A program made the position numbers and the translations under genes. A DNA stretch of 39,258 nucleotides from Craspedostauros australis (Eukaryota): the NCBI GenBank assembly GCA_030167865.1, contig JALAGF010004940.1, positions 1-39,258 on the forward strand, given 5' to 3'. The notes under the pieces were generated by a model. That model was not told the DNA's origin and did not search any database. It worked only from the letters and a program-made list of their open reading frames with translations. Shown in pieces: positions 19,246 to 29,506 of the stretch. The stretch's first letter is position 1, and each line of letters starts with the position of its first letter.

Positions 19246-20598
19246 ATGCCAACGATGCGTTCCATCCAGACATACACGATCTTGGGATCACTGCTGCTGC
19301 GCAACACGAGCTCCTTGGCTCGAAACACTGCGGCTCCATCTCGAGGAATTGCGCCTCGCTGCGCATCTTGGGCGGTCAGCACAGCGAGCTTTGGTGGTTG
19401 CCTGCGATCGCGATTCTTGCCGTTTGCATCGCTGCGCCAGGGTTCCTGTGTTGCAGTTGCATCATCATCATCGACACGCCTTGCGTCGTCGCTGACTGAT
19501 GCACCAGCCATCCAAGATGACATCGCAGACGACGAGCTCCCGCCGGACTTTCCACGACGCGACGATGTGCTGACCGCCATCCTTGCGGCGCGCCGTGCCA
19601 GTCGGATCACCGTGGCCTTGCAACCATCGCACGATGGCAACAAGGATTCCATCGCGACCGTCGCCAAAGCCGATGCTTCGCCTGTCACGGTGGCCGATTT
19701 CGCGTCGCAAGCTGTCGTGCTGCAGCACATCCACCAACAGTATCCATCCGACTCGTTCATCGCCGAAGAGAGTTCTCAATCTCTGCAGCACGATGCCGAT
19801 TTGGCCGACTCGGTCCTGCAAGCGGCATCGGCGTTCATCGATGATCCGCAGGCGTTGTTCGACGCCATCGATTTGGGAAAGATGTACGAACGCAATGCAA
19901 CGAATCCATCCCGCGTCTGGTGCTGCGATCCCATCGACGGAACGAAGGGATTCTTGCGCGGCCGTCTGTCCGGCGGACAGTACTGCATCGCAATTGGATT
20001 GATCGAAGATGGCATCCCGACCATCGGCGTGCTGGCATGCCCCAACCTCGAGGCAGGCACACAACGCGGATGCATCTTCGTGGCGTCGCAAGGCGGCGGC
20101 TGTTACCAGCTGCCGTTGGTGGCCGGGACCGCACCGACTGTCCGACTCCACGGCGGCGCAATCACATCGCCCGCTGACGCCCGATTCTGTATCGGCGTCG
20201 AAATTGGCTTCGGTGATCCCGATGGCAAATGCAAGGAGATGGCCAAATTGCTGCACGAGGACGCCATCGATCCCGATACGGGCGATATCGCCAAGGCCCT
20301 GCGCATCGACAGCCAAGCCAAGTACGGCGTCATCGCTCGCGGGGGTGCGGAGTTGTACGTGCGATTGCCCAAGAAGGGATACCGCGAATGGATCTGGGAT
20401 GTGGCGCCTGGCGTCGTGGTTCTGGAAGAGGCGGGTGGGAAGGTGACGGACACAAATGGCGAGGCATTGGATTGCGGGTTGGGAGCACAGCTCGCGCCTC
20501 ACGTGGAGGGTGTCTTGGGTAGCAGCGACGTCACGCTACATGCCGCGCTGGTGAATTCCTACCAAACGCAAGAGGCTGCAAGAAGGGATTCCGAGTGA
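19246..20598 (+). CDS. SAL1: 3'(2'),5'-bisphosphate nucleotidase (SAL1/HAL2/MET22 family, inositol monophosphatase superfamily) with a probable organellar targeting peptide
   Basis: KADASPVTVADFASQA, IAEE, WCCDPIDGTKGFLRG, QYCIAIGLIEDG, IDSQAKYG, YREWIWDVAPG. The ~85-aa N-terminal extension is S/R/A-rich. Confidence 0.92.
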   Translation: MPTMRSIQTYTILGSLLLRNTSSLARNTAAPSRGIAPRCASWAVSTASFGGCLRSRFLPFASLRQGSCVAVASSSSTRLASSLTDAPAIQDDIADDELPPDFPRRDDVLTAILAARRASRITVALQPSHDGNKDSIATVAKADASPVTVADFASQAVVLQHIHQQYPSDSFIAEESSQSLQHDADLADSVLQAASAFIDDPQALFDAIDLGKMYERNATNPSRVWCCDPIDGTKGFLRGRLSGGQYCIAIGLIEDGIPTIGVLACPNLEAGTQRGCIFVASQGGGCYQLPLVAGTAPTVRLHGGAITSPADARFCIGVEIGFGDPDGKCKEMAKLLHEDAIDPDTGDIAKALRIDSQAKYGVIARGGAELYVRLPKKGYREWIWDVAPGVVVLEEAGGKVTDTNGEALDCGLGAQLAPHVEGVLGSSDVTLHAALVNSYQTQEAARRDSE

Positions 20599-20709
20599 CT
20601 ACATTCGAGTATCTTTTGAGCCGCGTATGCATCTAAAAATTTGTATCGTTAGAGTTTCCCCATGTTTCTCTCTTCATATTAATGCTAAACTTGTTCCACA
20701 ACAAGCGCC

Positions 20710-23700
20710 TTAGGCGGCAGCGCTCTTGTGCTTGTGTGATACGCGCTTCTTGCTGCTGCCATGCGCTGACTGCTGCGGCAACAGACTATCGCCGGAGTGC
20801 TCCGTCTGGCTCAGTGCGACGAGTCGAATTCGTCTGCTGCTCTTTGGCTTCACCGGCGACATCGGCGACTTGTCCGGGCTGTTGTTGCACATCACGATTC
20901 GTTTGGATTTGACACGCTGCAACTGCGCTTGCTCGTCCCTCGAGCTGTGCCCGAACGTGGAATCGGAATCGGAGCCGCTGCTATCCGACAAGACGTCTGC
21001 GCTGGCCACGCTGTGCCGTGACCGGGTCAGGCGATTGACGTCGGCCGGGCTAACGAGATGTTCGTTGCGTGGCGCCATCTTCTTTTTCCTCTTTTTCTTC
21101 TTTTTGAAACCAAAGCCCTGCACCTGCTGTTGCTCCTCTTCTTCTGATTCCGAGTCGCTGGAATCCGAAATCACGGCACCTCCGAACTTCAGGTTGACTT
21201 CTCGCGGCGACAGAAGACGCCTGGCCGAAGCGTTCTGTTCCGTCGGCAACTTGCACGCCTTCGCGGAGGTCTTGGTACCGCTGCGATCCGAGGGACTCTG
21301 CGATTCGCTGCGATCTTTGCTCTTGTCCTTGCGCTTCTTCTTCTTGCCATTTCTGTGCGACTTCTTGGCTTTGCGCCTTTCCTTGCTTTTCTTCGTCTTT
21401 TTGGAGCTGCGGCTCTTCTTACCGCGGCAGTCGTCTGTGGATTGCAAATCGTCGTCGTGGTGGCTGCTGTCCACGCAGTCGCTGGTGACATCGCCCGTCT
21501 TATCATCATCATCATCGTCGGCATCGAAGCTGCCCTTCAACGCGATCTCGATATCATTGTAGGACCCGTTGGTGCCCCAGAAGTCCGCTTTGGCCTTTGC
21601 ATCCGCATCGAGATGAATTTCTTGCGGCACCTGATCGGGACTGGGGTCCTTGCTTTGGCCAACGGATTTGGGAATCCTTTTCGGACTGGATAGACGGCGC
21701 GGCGTTGCGGGAGCCTCGAGACGGCGACGGCGGTTGCGTTCCGCGACTTCCTCCCGGCGTTTTTCATGACGGATATCGCGCTGCATGTGCTCTTCTTCGA
21801 CCGCGTGCACTTTCTGCACGCCAGCTTCGAACTGGGCGTCGTCCAAGAGCTGTCCGTTCTTGACGTTCGCAAAGACGCCATCGTTGAGGTCGTCGTCCTC
21901 ATCCTCCAACCATTCGCCATCCTCGTCGAAGAACTTGTCCATCCTCCAGCTGCGCTTCGGGAGCTTGGGGGCGTCATCGCGACAGGACTCGTTGCTGCTG
22001 ACGAGGGCATCGCTCATGCTCGTGTAGGATTCGTCGAACGTGGATGGAGTGACCGTGGAGGATGTCTTGCCGGATGGGCTGTTGCGGACGGGTGCGCCGA
22101 CCAACGATCGGATGCGCTCGAAGAGCTCCGATCCTTGCACGGACGACTCGTCCTCGTATTCGAAGTTGTAGTTGTCTTTGAGCGGCTCGACGATGTCGTA
22201 GCTCTTGGAGCCATCGAGCGATGGTACCTCGACTGGTTTGGACGCGATGCTCTGATCCTTGTCCGCTGGTGCATCCTCCTGTTTCTCATCGTCATCTGGC
22301 GGCAGATCCGGGTTATCACGCGTGCGTCTTGGCAGTGCCTGGACCATGTCGGGTGACAGATCCTTCCAGACGCGGCGCACGCGCCACGACAGGTGGGAGG
22401 GATCCGGACTTCGGCTGGGCGTGATCCAAACATCGGGACGCGTTTGCGCCGAGCGACTCGTTCTCTTGGAGCCATCGTTGCCGGCCGAATGGCGGCTTGG
22501 CTGGGAGGGGGCCATGTCGCTGGGCATGCCGCTGGACATGCCGCTGGTCGTGCTGAGGGCTCCGCTCCTGTGCGGCGGTGGCATGATCATGCCGTCTCCC
22601 GTGGCGAAGCGGTCCTCCGATGAGGCGAAGCGATCGAGATCGAGGGTGGTGGGGCCGTTGTAGCGGATTCGGTAGCTGGTCTGCTTCCTGGATGGTTCGC
22701 GGTAGCTGCCGGAACTGACGGAGGAGAATGACATCCCATCGAAGGCATCGTCGATGTGCAGGATCCACGTGTCAAAGCTTTCGGATCCGACCGATGTTAG
22801 GCAGTCATCTTGCGCTTGCGGCGCTTGAGCAGCAGCAGTGGCCACTGGTTGGCTGGCTTTGACATCGACGACATCCAACGATTCAAAGTTCTCCACAATT
22901 TCACCATCCTGCGTCTTCTCCGCGGAGGTTTGATCATCAAAGCCCCTCATGATTTCATCGACTGTGTCCCGCACTTGCTTCTTCAATGTCGCACTGGCCA
23001 CGCACGGTGCGCTGTCCTCGCCATCTGTGGGATGCGTGTCGATGGAGAACTCGCCGCTGTTGCACATGTCATCCTCCTCCTCATCGACGACGACGCTCTG
23101 CCGCCGCGTTTCGTTGTGATGGGCGCTCTTGCCGCGCGACGTGGCGGGCAAGGACTCGATGTTCATGGACGCGGCGCTGGCATTGTGCGTTTCGGCGTTG
23201 TTGGAACTATTGGTCGTCATGGAGGAGGAGGATCCGCTGGACGATATGGTGGGAGAAATGGGCAGCTGGTTGGTGGGCGGCATGGAGGCCTGCGCGTTCT
23301 TGGTGACAGGCGACAGCGAGGAGGATCGTCGAAAGGACAGGTACGGGTTGCGTTGGGGCTGCACGATCAACGGAGGTTGCGGTGACATGACGGCACCAGC
23401 GGCGCGCTCGTAATTCTTCCGGCGGTCCTTGACGGAGAGTCCAGGAGACAGCGGCAGATCACGCAGACTGGCGTTCTGCGGCATTCTCGTTGGCGAGTGG
23501 TAGACGGGAGAGCCGACGGGGACGACGGCGCCGCCCAACGCAGCCCTTCGCGTGCTTGGGCTCTGCGGTGGAGACACGGTGGACAAGGCCAGCGACGAGG
23601 CATTGGTGGTGCGAGAATGCCATAGCCGTCTCCTCTCCTCGACTTTCATCGCCGACGCCAATGCGTCCATCGTGGGTTGCTGTTGGAGCGGACGCTGCGG

Positions 23701-23988
23701 AGACGAGGGCACGGACTTGTTGCCATCGGTGGTCGTGTCCCATTGGGCATCCTTCTGCTGCTCCTGCTGGGCCTGCAGGTTGCGCAGCGACAACGACATC
23801 CAGGCACTCGATGGATCGACGTTGCTCAAGGAGGTCTTTCGTCGCAGGAACTGCGTGCGATGCACCACGGGTTCTTCCTTGTCCTGCTCATTGTTGCTTC
23901 TGGGTGATGCTCTCTGTTCGTCATTCTGTTGTTGCTGCCGCTGCTGCTCCTGCTGTTGGCCTTGCACATGGAGAGGATGGGACATCAT
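20710..23988 (-). CDS. Large intrinsically disordered hypothetical protein, 1092 aa
   Basis: 3.3-kb ORF, rich in S/P/D/Q, with many SP sites and Lys-rich NLS-like tracts near the C-terminus; no recognisable folded domain. Confidence 0.85.
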   Translation of the reverse strand: MMSHPLHVQGQQQEQQRQQQQNDEQRASPRSNNEQDKEEPVVHRTQFLRRKTSLSNVDPSSAWMSLSLRNLQAQQEQQKDAQWDTTTDGNKSVPSSPQRPLQQQPTMDALASAMKVEERRRLWHSRTTNASSLALSTVSPPQSPSTRRAALGGAVVPVGSPVYHSPTRMPQNASLRDLPLSPGLSVKDRRKNYERAAGAVMSPQPPLIVQPQRNPYLSFRRSSSLSPVTKNAQASMPPTNQLPISPTISSSGSSSSMTTNSSNNAETHNASAASMNIESLPATSRGKSAHHNETRRQSVVVDEEEDDMCNSGEFSIDTHPTDGEDSAPCVASATLKKQVRDTVDEIMRGFDDQTSAEKTQDGEIVENFESLDVVDVKASQPVATAAAQAPQAQDDCLTSVGSESFDTWILHIDDAFDGMSFSSVSSGSYREPSRKQTSYRIRYNGPTTLDLDRFASSEDRFATGDGMIMPPPHRSGALSTTSGMSSGMPSDMAPSQPSRHSAGNDGSKRTSRSAQTRPDVWITPSRSPDPSHLSWRVRRVWKDLSPDMVQALPRRTRDNPDLPPDDDEKQEDAPADKDQSIASKPVEVPSLDGSKSYDIVEPLKDNYNFEYEDESSVQGSELFERIRSLVGAPVRNSPSGKTSSTVTPSTFDESYTSMSDALVSSNESCRDDAPKLPKRSWRMDKFFDEDGEWLEDEDDDLNDGVFANVKNGQLLDDAQFEAGVQKVHAVEEEHMQRDIRHEKRREEVAERNRRRRLEAPATPRRLSSPKRIPKSVGQSKDPSPDQVPQEIHLDADAKAKADFWGTNGSYNDIEIALKGSFDADDDDDDKTGDVTSDCVDSSHHDDDLQSTDDCRGKKSRSSKKTKKSKERRKAKKSHRNGKKKKRKDKSKDRSESQSPSDRSGTKTSAKACKLPTEQNASARRLLSPREVNLKFGGAVISDSSDSESEEEEQQQVQGFGFKKKKKRKKKMAPRNEHLVSPADVNRLTRSRHSVASADVLSDSSGSDSDSTFGHSSRDEQAQLQRVKSKRIVMCNNSPDKSPMSPVKPKSSRRIRLVALSQTEHSGDSLLPQQSAHGSSKKRVSHKHKSAAA

Positions 23989-24617
23989 GGTTTGTGGGTT
24001 GATCTGTTGATCTGTTGACTGATTGGTTGTGTGCTTTTATGCAATGGCAATGACACTGACGCTGTCGCTGGAGACGTGGCTCTGTGGGCGGTTTCTGTCA
24101 GTATCGCGTTGCAGAGAGGCTGGAGCTGCTTTCGTTTGTGACAGAAGTGGCAATCACAAGTGGCAATCACAATAACGATCGCAGCGGTGTTGCTACTCGA
24201 AGTGCCAGTATCGCGACTCGTGACCGATCTGTGAGCCGCGTGTTCCAGAGACGCTGCGTGTCTGTAATAGGATTGCGAGGTGAGCAATGGCCACACAGCA
24301 AGCGGTGGAATGGAATGCGCTGTGATTGGTTGGGGTGTGACGGGTCTCACGTGTGGTTGGGATGTTGCAGATCGACTCTGTCGGATCGGATCGGAACGAC
24401 GCAGGAGAGTGTGTGGACGAAGGCGCTGGTCGTGAACCAATGTGTGTGGTTGTGTGGCAGACAGTGGCAGACAGCGTCAGCCACTGAGATTTGAATTCCG
24501 GTGGTCGTAGTAGAACTCGTATCGAGTATAATACGATCAACGACCTGTTCGTGGTAGAACACACACGCAGAGTGTGGTTGTTTCGCCGTTGTGGATGTGT
24601 GTGATGGTTGAGCCCGG

Positions 24618-24641
24618 CTCAACTCAACTCAACTCAACTCA
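24618..24641. repeat. (CTCAA)n microsatellite
   Basis: ctcaactcaactcaactcaactca. Confidence 0.85.
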
Positions 24642-25356
24642 GTCAGTGCGAGTACTTCTGCGGAGTCGTCTCTGTCTCTCTCTCTGCGATTGCGATCACA
24701 GGTGCAGAGTATCACTTTTTGTAGCGATGATGATCCTTGCTGAATGATTCCTGGATGGTGATTGGGGCGATTCCGTCAATCCTCGCGCGTTGGTTGCCGC
24801 AACTGGGCGTCTAATGCTGTTTGACCGAAACGGCCTTGGATGACTTTGTCTGCGTGTTGAGAAAAGAGGCGGACGGATGCGACGATTCCAAGCTGCACAA
24901 GCTCTGGGTGGCGCGAGTATTGCGATAAATGCGGTCGCAATACAGGAAACCACGCGGACCTGAGCGAATCGATCCGTAACCCAAGACGGGAGCTGCGGAT
25001 CCAATCGCCTCTGTGCTTCTGCGTCCCTTTGCTTGTCTCTTGTGAGGGTGTTGCGCCGTTTCTTGCGAGGTGTTGTGTGGATGCTTTTGCCACCAAGTCT
25101 GCTGCCTCGCCGCGATACCACAACGGAGTACTTCACTCTGTTATTGTTATGGTACAGTATGGCAGCACGGTGGTACGACGATGTTCTTTCTTGGTCGATG
25201 GATCAATTGTTTCGTTTCCCTTGGTTACATGTGTGTGAGTGTTAGCGGCCGGTCGTTTGGTGACCTGTTTGCGGTCTTGTTTGCTGTCTTGTTTGGTTTG
25301 GTTATGCGACCGTTGGCGCGAGTGTGCTTCCTTGCCGGTCTGCTCGGCTCTGTCTT

Positions 25357-25468
25357 GATTGATTGATTGATTGATTGATCGCCTGCTTGATGGTGCAGCT
25401 CAATGAAACGATGCGATGGAGAGTGAGCTATTCCACAAACCTCTCTGTCTCTCTCTCTCTCTCTCTCT
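25357..25468. repeat. (GATT)n and (CT)n microsatellites
   Basis: gattgattgattgattgattgat at 25357-25379; CT-rich run at 25441-25468. Confidence 0.85.
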
Positions 25469-27686
25469 TCGATCACAATGATGCTCCTTGAACACGCCCC
25501 TTCGACCTCCGTTCGCATCAACAAGGAGAGATGTGATTGTTGTTACGTTTTCTTGGTCGTTGTTGTTGTTGTTGCCCAAAGAAGTTGCAGGCGTGCGCCG
25601 GTACTCAATCAGCTGTCGCCTCGATCTCTCCCAAGCGCAAAACACACGCGTGAATGGATGTGAAAAGCGCCCAATGTCGTTGTGCGTGTTCCTGTTCTGA
25701 GTGAGTCATTTTTCTCTGTTACCGCAAGGCAATTACAAAAGACTTTGTCGGTAACGTTTCGTTGCCCCAGCGCTATCCCGGCGAACATACATACATTTAT
25801 TGACTGTCGTTCACGAATTCCCTTGCACTAAGTCTCACTTAACCAAAACTATTATCCCAGTCGGATTCTTTTGGGCTTCGCTGACAAGAATGACTCGCTC
25901 AAGTTGCGTTTCGCCGACTTTGCATGCGGCATAAACAATGCAACGTGCCAGCTTGTAGTACCTTCACAATATCCTATTGTGTGGTATCCATGCATGGTAT
26001 CGCATGTCGAAACCAAATCATGAGTCAACTTATTCGTGTTTCACTAAGTGCCATTTTGTCAACCCAAAGCCAAAAAGGGCTTCCCATTTCGAACCGAACC
26101 GTTTTCTCCGAAACCGCGTTTTGGTGCACGCAAAGTGGTGTGTGCCGGCAGAACGTGCACGCGAGATGTCAAGGACATCATGTGGATTCCCATTTGACAT
26201 TGTGCCTCCGCAGAGGTACAAGGCACCTCATGCGTCCTTCGCCTCTGCGTGTCAGTCAGTGATTGATTGATGGATTGACAGAACAGATTGATGGATGGAT
26301 GATGATGGTGAGCGAAATGGGCTCTGGACAAACAATGCATGCAGGTTGCGGCGGCCGGAAGAGTCGTTGTCATGTGGTGCGTTGAAGTGGCTGCAGTTTT
26401 CTACCTCCTCATGTGCGCGCAGAGAAAGAGAAAGGATTGTGATGCTTGTGGATGTGTGTGTGAAGAGCACTGTACGCAACCCAGCACAAGGCAACGAAGC
26501 AGGACCGCACAACCGCCCACGCGAAGGCCAACGACGAGGTTGGTCTTGGTGGCGAACAGGAGAAGCAGCAAGATGAGCATCAATGGCACGCACAAACCAG
26601 ATGTGAAGCAAAGACGACACTTGTTCACACACTGGTGTGCAGATGATCGCGTCATTGTTTGGAGGTGGTTCGGAAGCTCATCATGCGGCGTTGCGATTGT
26701 TCTGCTTGCGCAGTGTCGATCGTTTTGCGGGCACGTGTATGTGGAGGAGATGAGGTGCCGAAGGGCATCGTTTGCATTCGTGGGGGAAGGTGATACTCCC
26801 ATCTTTCCCAGGAAGAGTCCAACTCCTCCTGCTTCCCTTTCTTGCTTGCTTGTTTGGCTGGTTGAAGGTTTGCTTCACTCAGTTGAATTGAATTGCATTT
26901 GCATTGCCCTCTGTGCTCATCGCATTCATCAACCCACACTCTTGAACGATTCTATTATTATATTTGCACTGCTCTCCTGCTCTCTGGGACGATTCGCAGG
27001 CATCCTTTCTTGCATGATAGTACAGGAGATGAAGCACCAGTCCGCGGTCAAGGTAAATCTTGTGCACGAGCGCACACACATGAATGTGATGGATGCACAT
27101 GGCCAGTGATGCTCTCGACTCCACCTCTCTCTTGACATCAAAGATACTTTTCGCGCAACGCGCGTCACGAATGTCGTGCGAAGATGGATGTTGTGTCCAC
27201 CTGTGCACGTGTTGTAATCACTCTTGATGACAGACGCTGCACCACGATGAAGATTGTCTGACGATAGAAACATGAGTGGGGCCGTATGTACGGTATGGCA
27301 TCTTCATAGCAGCGTAGTGCTGACGCCAAGGTGCGTACATTTGTGAAAACACTATTCGTTCATCTAGAGAGAGAGAGTACCTAAGGTTTGTGTGATTGCT
27401 GAAACGGAAAATGTAGAGTATGGTCACATTGCAATTAAGTCGGGCTGCGGTGTCCTTTGGCACTTCGCGCCATTCTTGCACAGCTGCGTGGATCAGTCTG
27501 TTGCCTTGTTTTTGTTCTTTTGGATTGTTTGCTTCTTAACATGCTCTCCTTGAATACTGTCATTGAGCGGGAGCGTCGTTCTCTCTATTGTGTGTGTGTT
27601 TGTTTTGTGGTGTGTGGGCATCTGGACTCCTGGAGCTCGTATTTGTGCACCATACGAGCGCACATATGTACGTACGACCATGCCAC

Positions 27687-29336
27687 TCATTGCTCCACAG
27701 GGCCATCCTCCGTGGATGGTGTCGGTGACAGATTGAGGACGTCGTCATCGGCGAGTCGGTCGCTGTCGTCGAGACCAGGAATCTGGGGAACGCCTCCGGT
27801 GGAATCTCTCTTGACGCGGTAGTTGGGCCGCGAAGGGCTCTTCTTGGGTGAGATCCATTCTTCCGGTCGGCCGTAGGCACGCTCCTTGGCCTTCATCATG
27901 GGGCTCTTCTTCTCCTTCTTGCGATCGCCTGGAGTCAGCGGCAGGAAGTCGTGTGGTCTGTCCAGCATGCTCTGGCTGTTGTCGAGAGCGCTCATGCTCT
28001 TCCAGAGCTGCTCCTGCTCGTTGAGCGCGCGCGGCTGCGTGATGACGGGGTACGGCTTGGGGTTTCTGGAACTGTTGCTGCTGCTGTTGATGCTGCTGCT
28101 ATTGATGCTGCTGTTGCTTGTGTTCATCTGGTCGGCGGCGGCCTTTGGCCTGTTCTTCTTGGCGGCCATTTTCTTCTTGAGCTTGGCCGATCTGGAGCTG
28201 TTTCCGCTCTTCTTCGATGTGGTTGGCACGGGGCTCGCGGGCGTCGGCGACTTCTTGAGGAACGGAATGGCGTTGAGGCTGCCGTAGAAATCAACCTCGT
28301 TGGGGCCCTTGCGCCTTGGAGACTTGACGGGGGTTCGGATCTCCACCTCGTCGTCCTCCTCCTGGCGGTCCGTCTTGTCTGCCTCGTCGTCCGGCAGCTC
28401 CGGCGGAGGGTTCTTGAGAGCCTCTTCTTCTGCCTTGAGAGCCGCTTCCCACTTCTTCTGCATGAGGTTGTTGGTGACGCGTCTCCTGGCACGTTCCATG
28501 GTGGCCAGGCCGGGCTCGTTCTCATCGAGCCAATCGGGCTCCTGCGTGCCGGAGGACTTGATCTTGCTGAGATTGTCGACCTGCTGCACGACCAGCAGAT
28601 CGCTGGCATCCGGTGGTTGTTCTCTGCGGATGTTCCAATCTCTCATGGCGACGTTGTCGGTGTGCAGCCACTTCTCGTCGACGTAGACTGGATTCGTTGA
28701 TGGCTCTGTGGCCTGGTCAGCCTCGACTTCATCGTTTGGCTTGGAATCTGGCTGTTCGGCAGCAGCGCTGCTTCCATTGCCGGCGTCTGCGCTATTGTCG
28801 TGGTCGTCATCGTCCAGACTTGCCAGCTGCATGGCGGCTCGCATTTCCTTCCGACGCTGGTGCTGCTCCTGCTCGTAGGCAAGCCGTTCGTCCTCCTCCA
28901 TCTTCTGCAGTTCGGCAGGATCGAGTTCTCGCAGGTACTTGACGTTGACGCGGCTGTGGACGCGACCGCTGGGGCTGAGCCAGGCATCGGGACGCCCGTA
29001 GGCACGCTCGCGGCACTTCTTCATGTCGGCGACGGGCGTCATGGCGCTGGCCCTTCTGGTGCTGCTGTGGGTGTTTTTGGTTTTGCTGCCGCCGGCGCTG
29101 GAAAGGGAGGCACGGCGAGGTTGTCCTGGACGCAGAGGCAGGAATTGCTTGGGTCGGTCGGTCGTGAGGCCATCCGTATTGCCTCCCAAGAAGCCGCTGC
29201 TCGTGGTGATGGCGTTGCTGTCCAGCACATCAGCGTTCACCATCTGTTGCTTGCGGCCATGGCTCGTCTGCTGTGGTGTGTGGAATACAGGTGCAGCTGG
29301 GGGCGCCACTGGCATGGTTTGTTGTTGAGTGGCCAT
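27687..29336 (-). CDS. Disordered hypothetical protein, 549 aa, with a duplicated DRPxxFLPLxPG...ERAYGRPxxW[LI]SP module
   Basis: 1.65-kb ORF with GC3-rich codons; the module occurs near both termini. Confidence 0.87.
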   Translation of the reverse strand: MATQQQTMPVAPPAAPVFHTPQQTSHGRKQQMVNADVLDSNAITTSSGFLGGNTDGLTTDRPKQFLPLRPGQPRRASLSSAGGSKTKNTHSSTRRASAMTPVADMKKCRERAYGRPDAWLSPSGRVHSRVNVKYLRELDPAELQKMEEDERLAYEQEQHQRRKEMRAAMQLASLDDDDHDNSADAGNGSSAAAEQPDSKPNDEVEADQATEPSTNPVYVDEKWLHTDNVAMRDWNIRREQPPDASDLLVVQQVDNLSKIKSSGTQEPDWLDENEPGLATMERARRRVTNNLMQKKWEAALKAEEEALKNPPPELPDDEADKTDRQEEDDEVEIRTPVKSPRRKGPNEVDFYGSLNAIPFLKKSPTPASPVPTTSKKSGNSSRSAKLKKKMAAKKNRPKAAADQMNTSNSSINSSSINSSSNSSRNPKPYPVITQPRALNEQEQLWKSMSALDNSQSMLDRPHDFLPLTPGDRKKEKKSPMMKAKERAYGRPEEWISPKKSPSRPNYRVKRDSTGGVPQIPGLDDSDRLADDDVLNLSPTPSTEDGPVEQ

Positions 29337-29463
29337 TCTGTTGCTGCTGTTGCTGTTTGGTTTGTTGTTGTATTGGTATTATAACTTTGTGCGAGTATGG
29401 GCTGTGCTATGTGGTGTATTGTTTGTGCTGTTGTTTGTATTGTGACTCTCTGCCTACCTTTGC

Positions 29464-29506
29464 CGTTGTCGTTGTTGTTGTTGTTGTCGTCGTCGTCGTC
29501 GTCGTC
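29464..29506. repeat. Compound (GTT)n(GTC)n microsatellite upstream of the 549-aa gene
   Basis: cgttgtcgttgttgttgttgttgtcgtcgtcgtcgtcgtcgtc. Confidence 0.85.

Noticed and set aside
19468-20502. 344-aa minus-strand ORF, and similar long antisense ORFs over the GC-rich genes
   Set aside because: Antisense to clear genes; expected from GC3-biased codon usage
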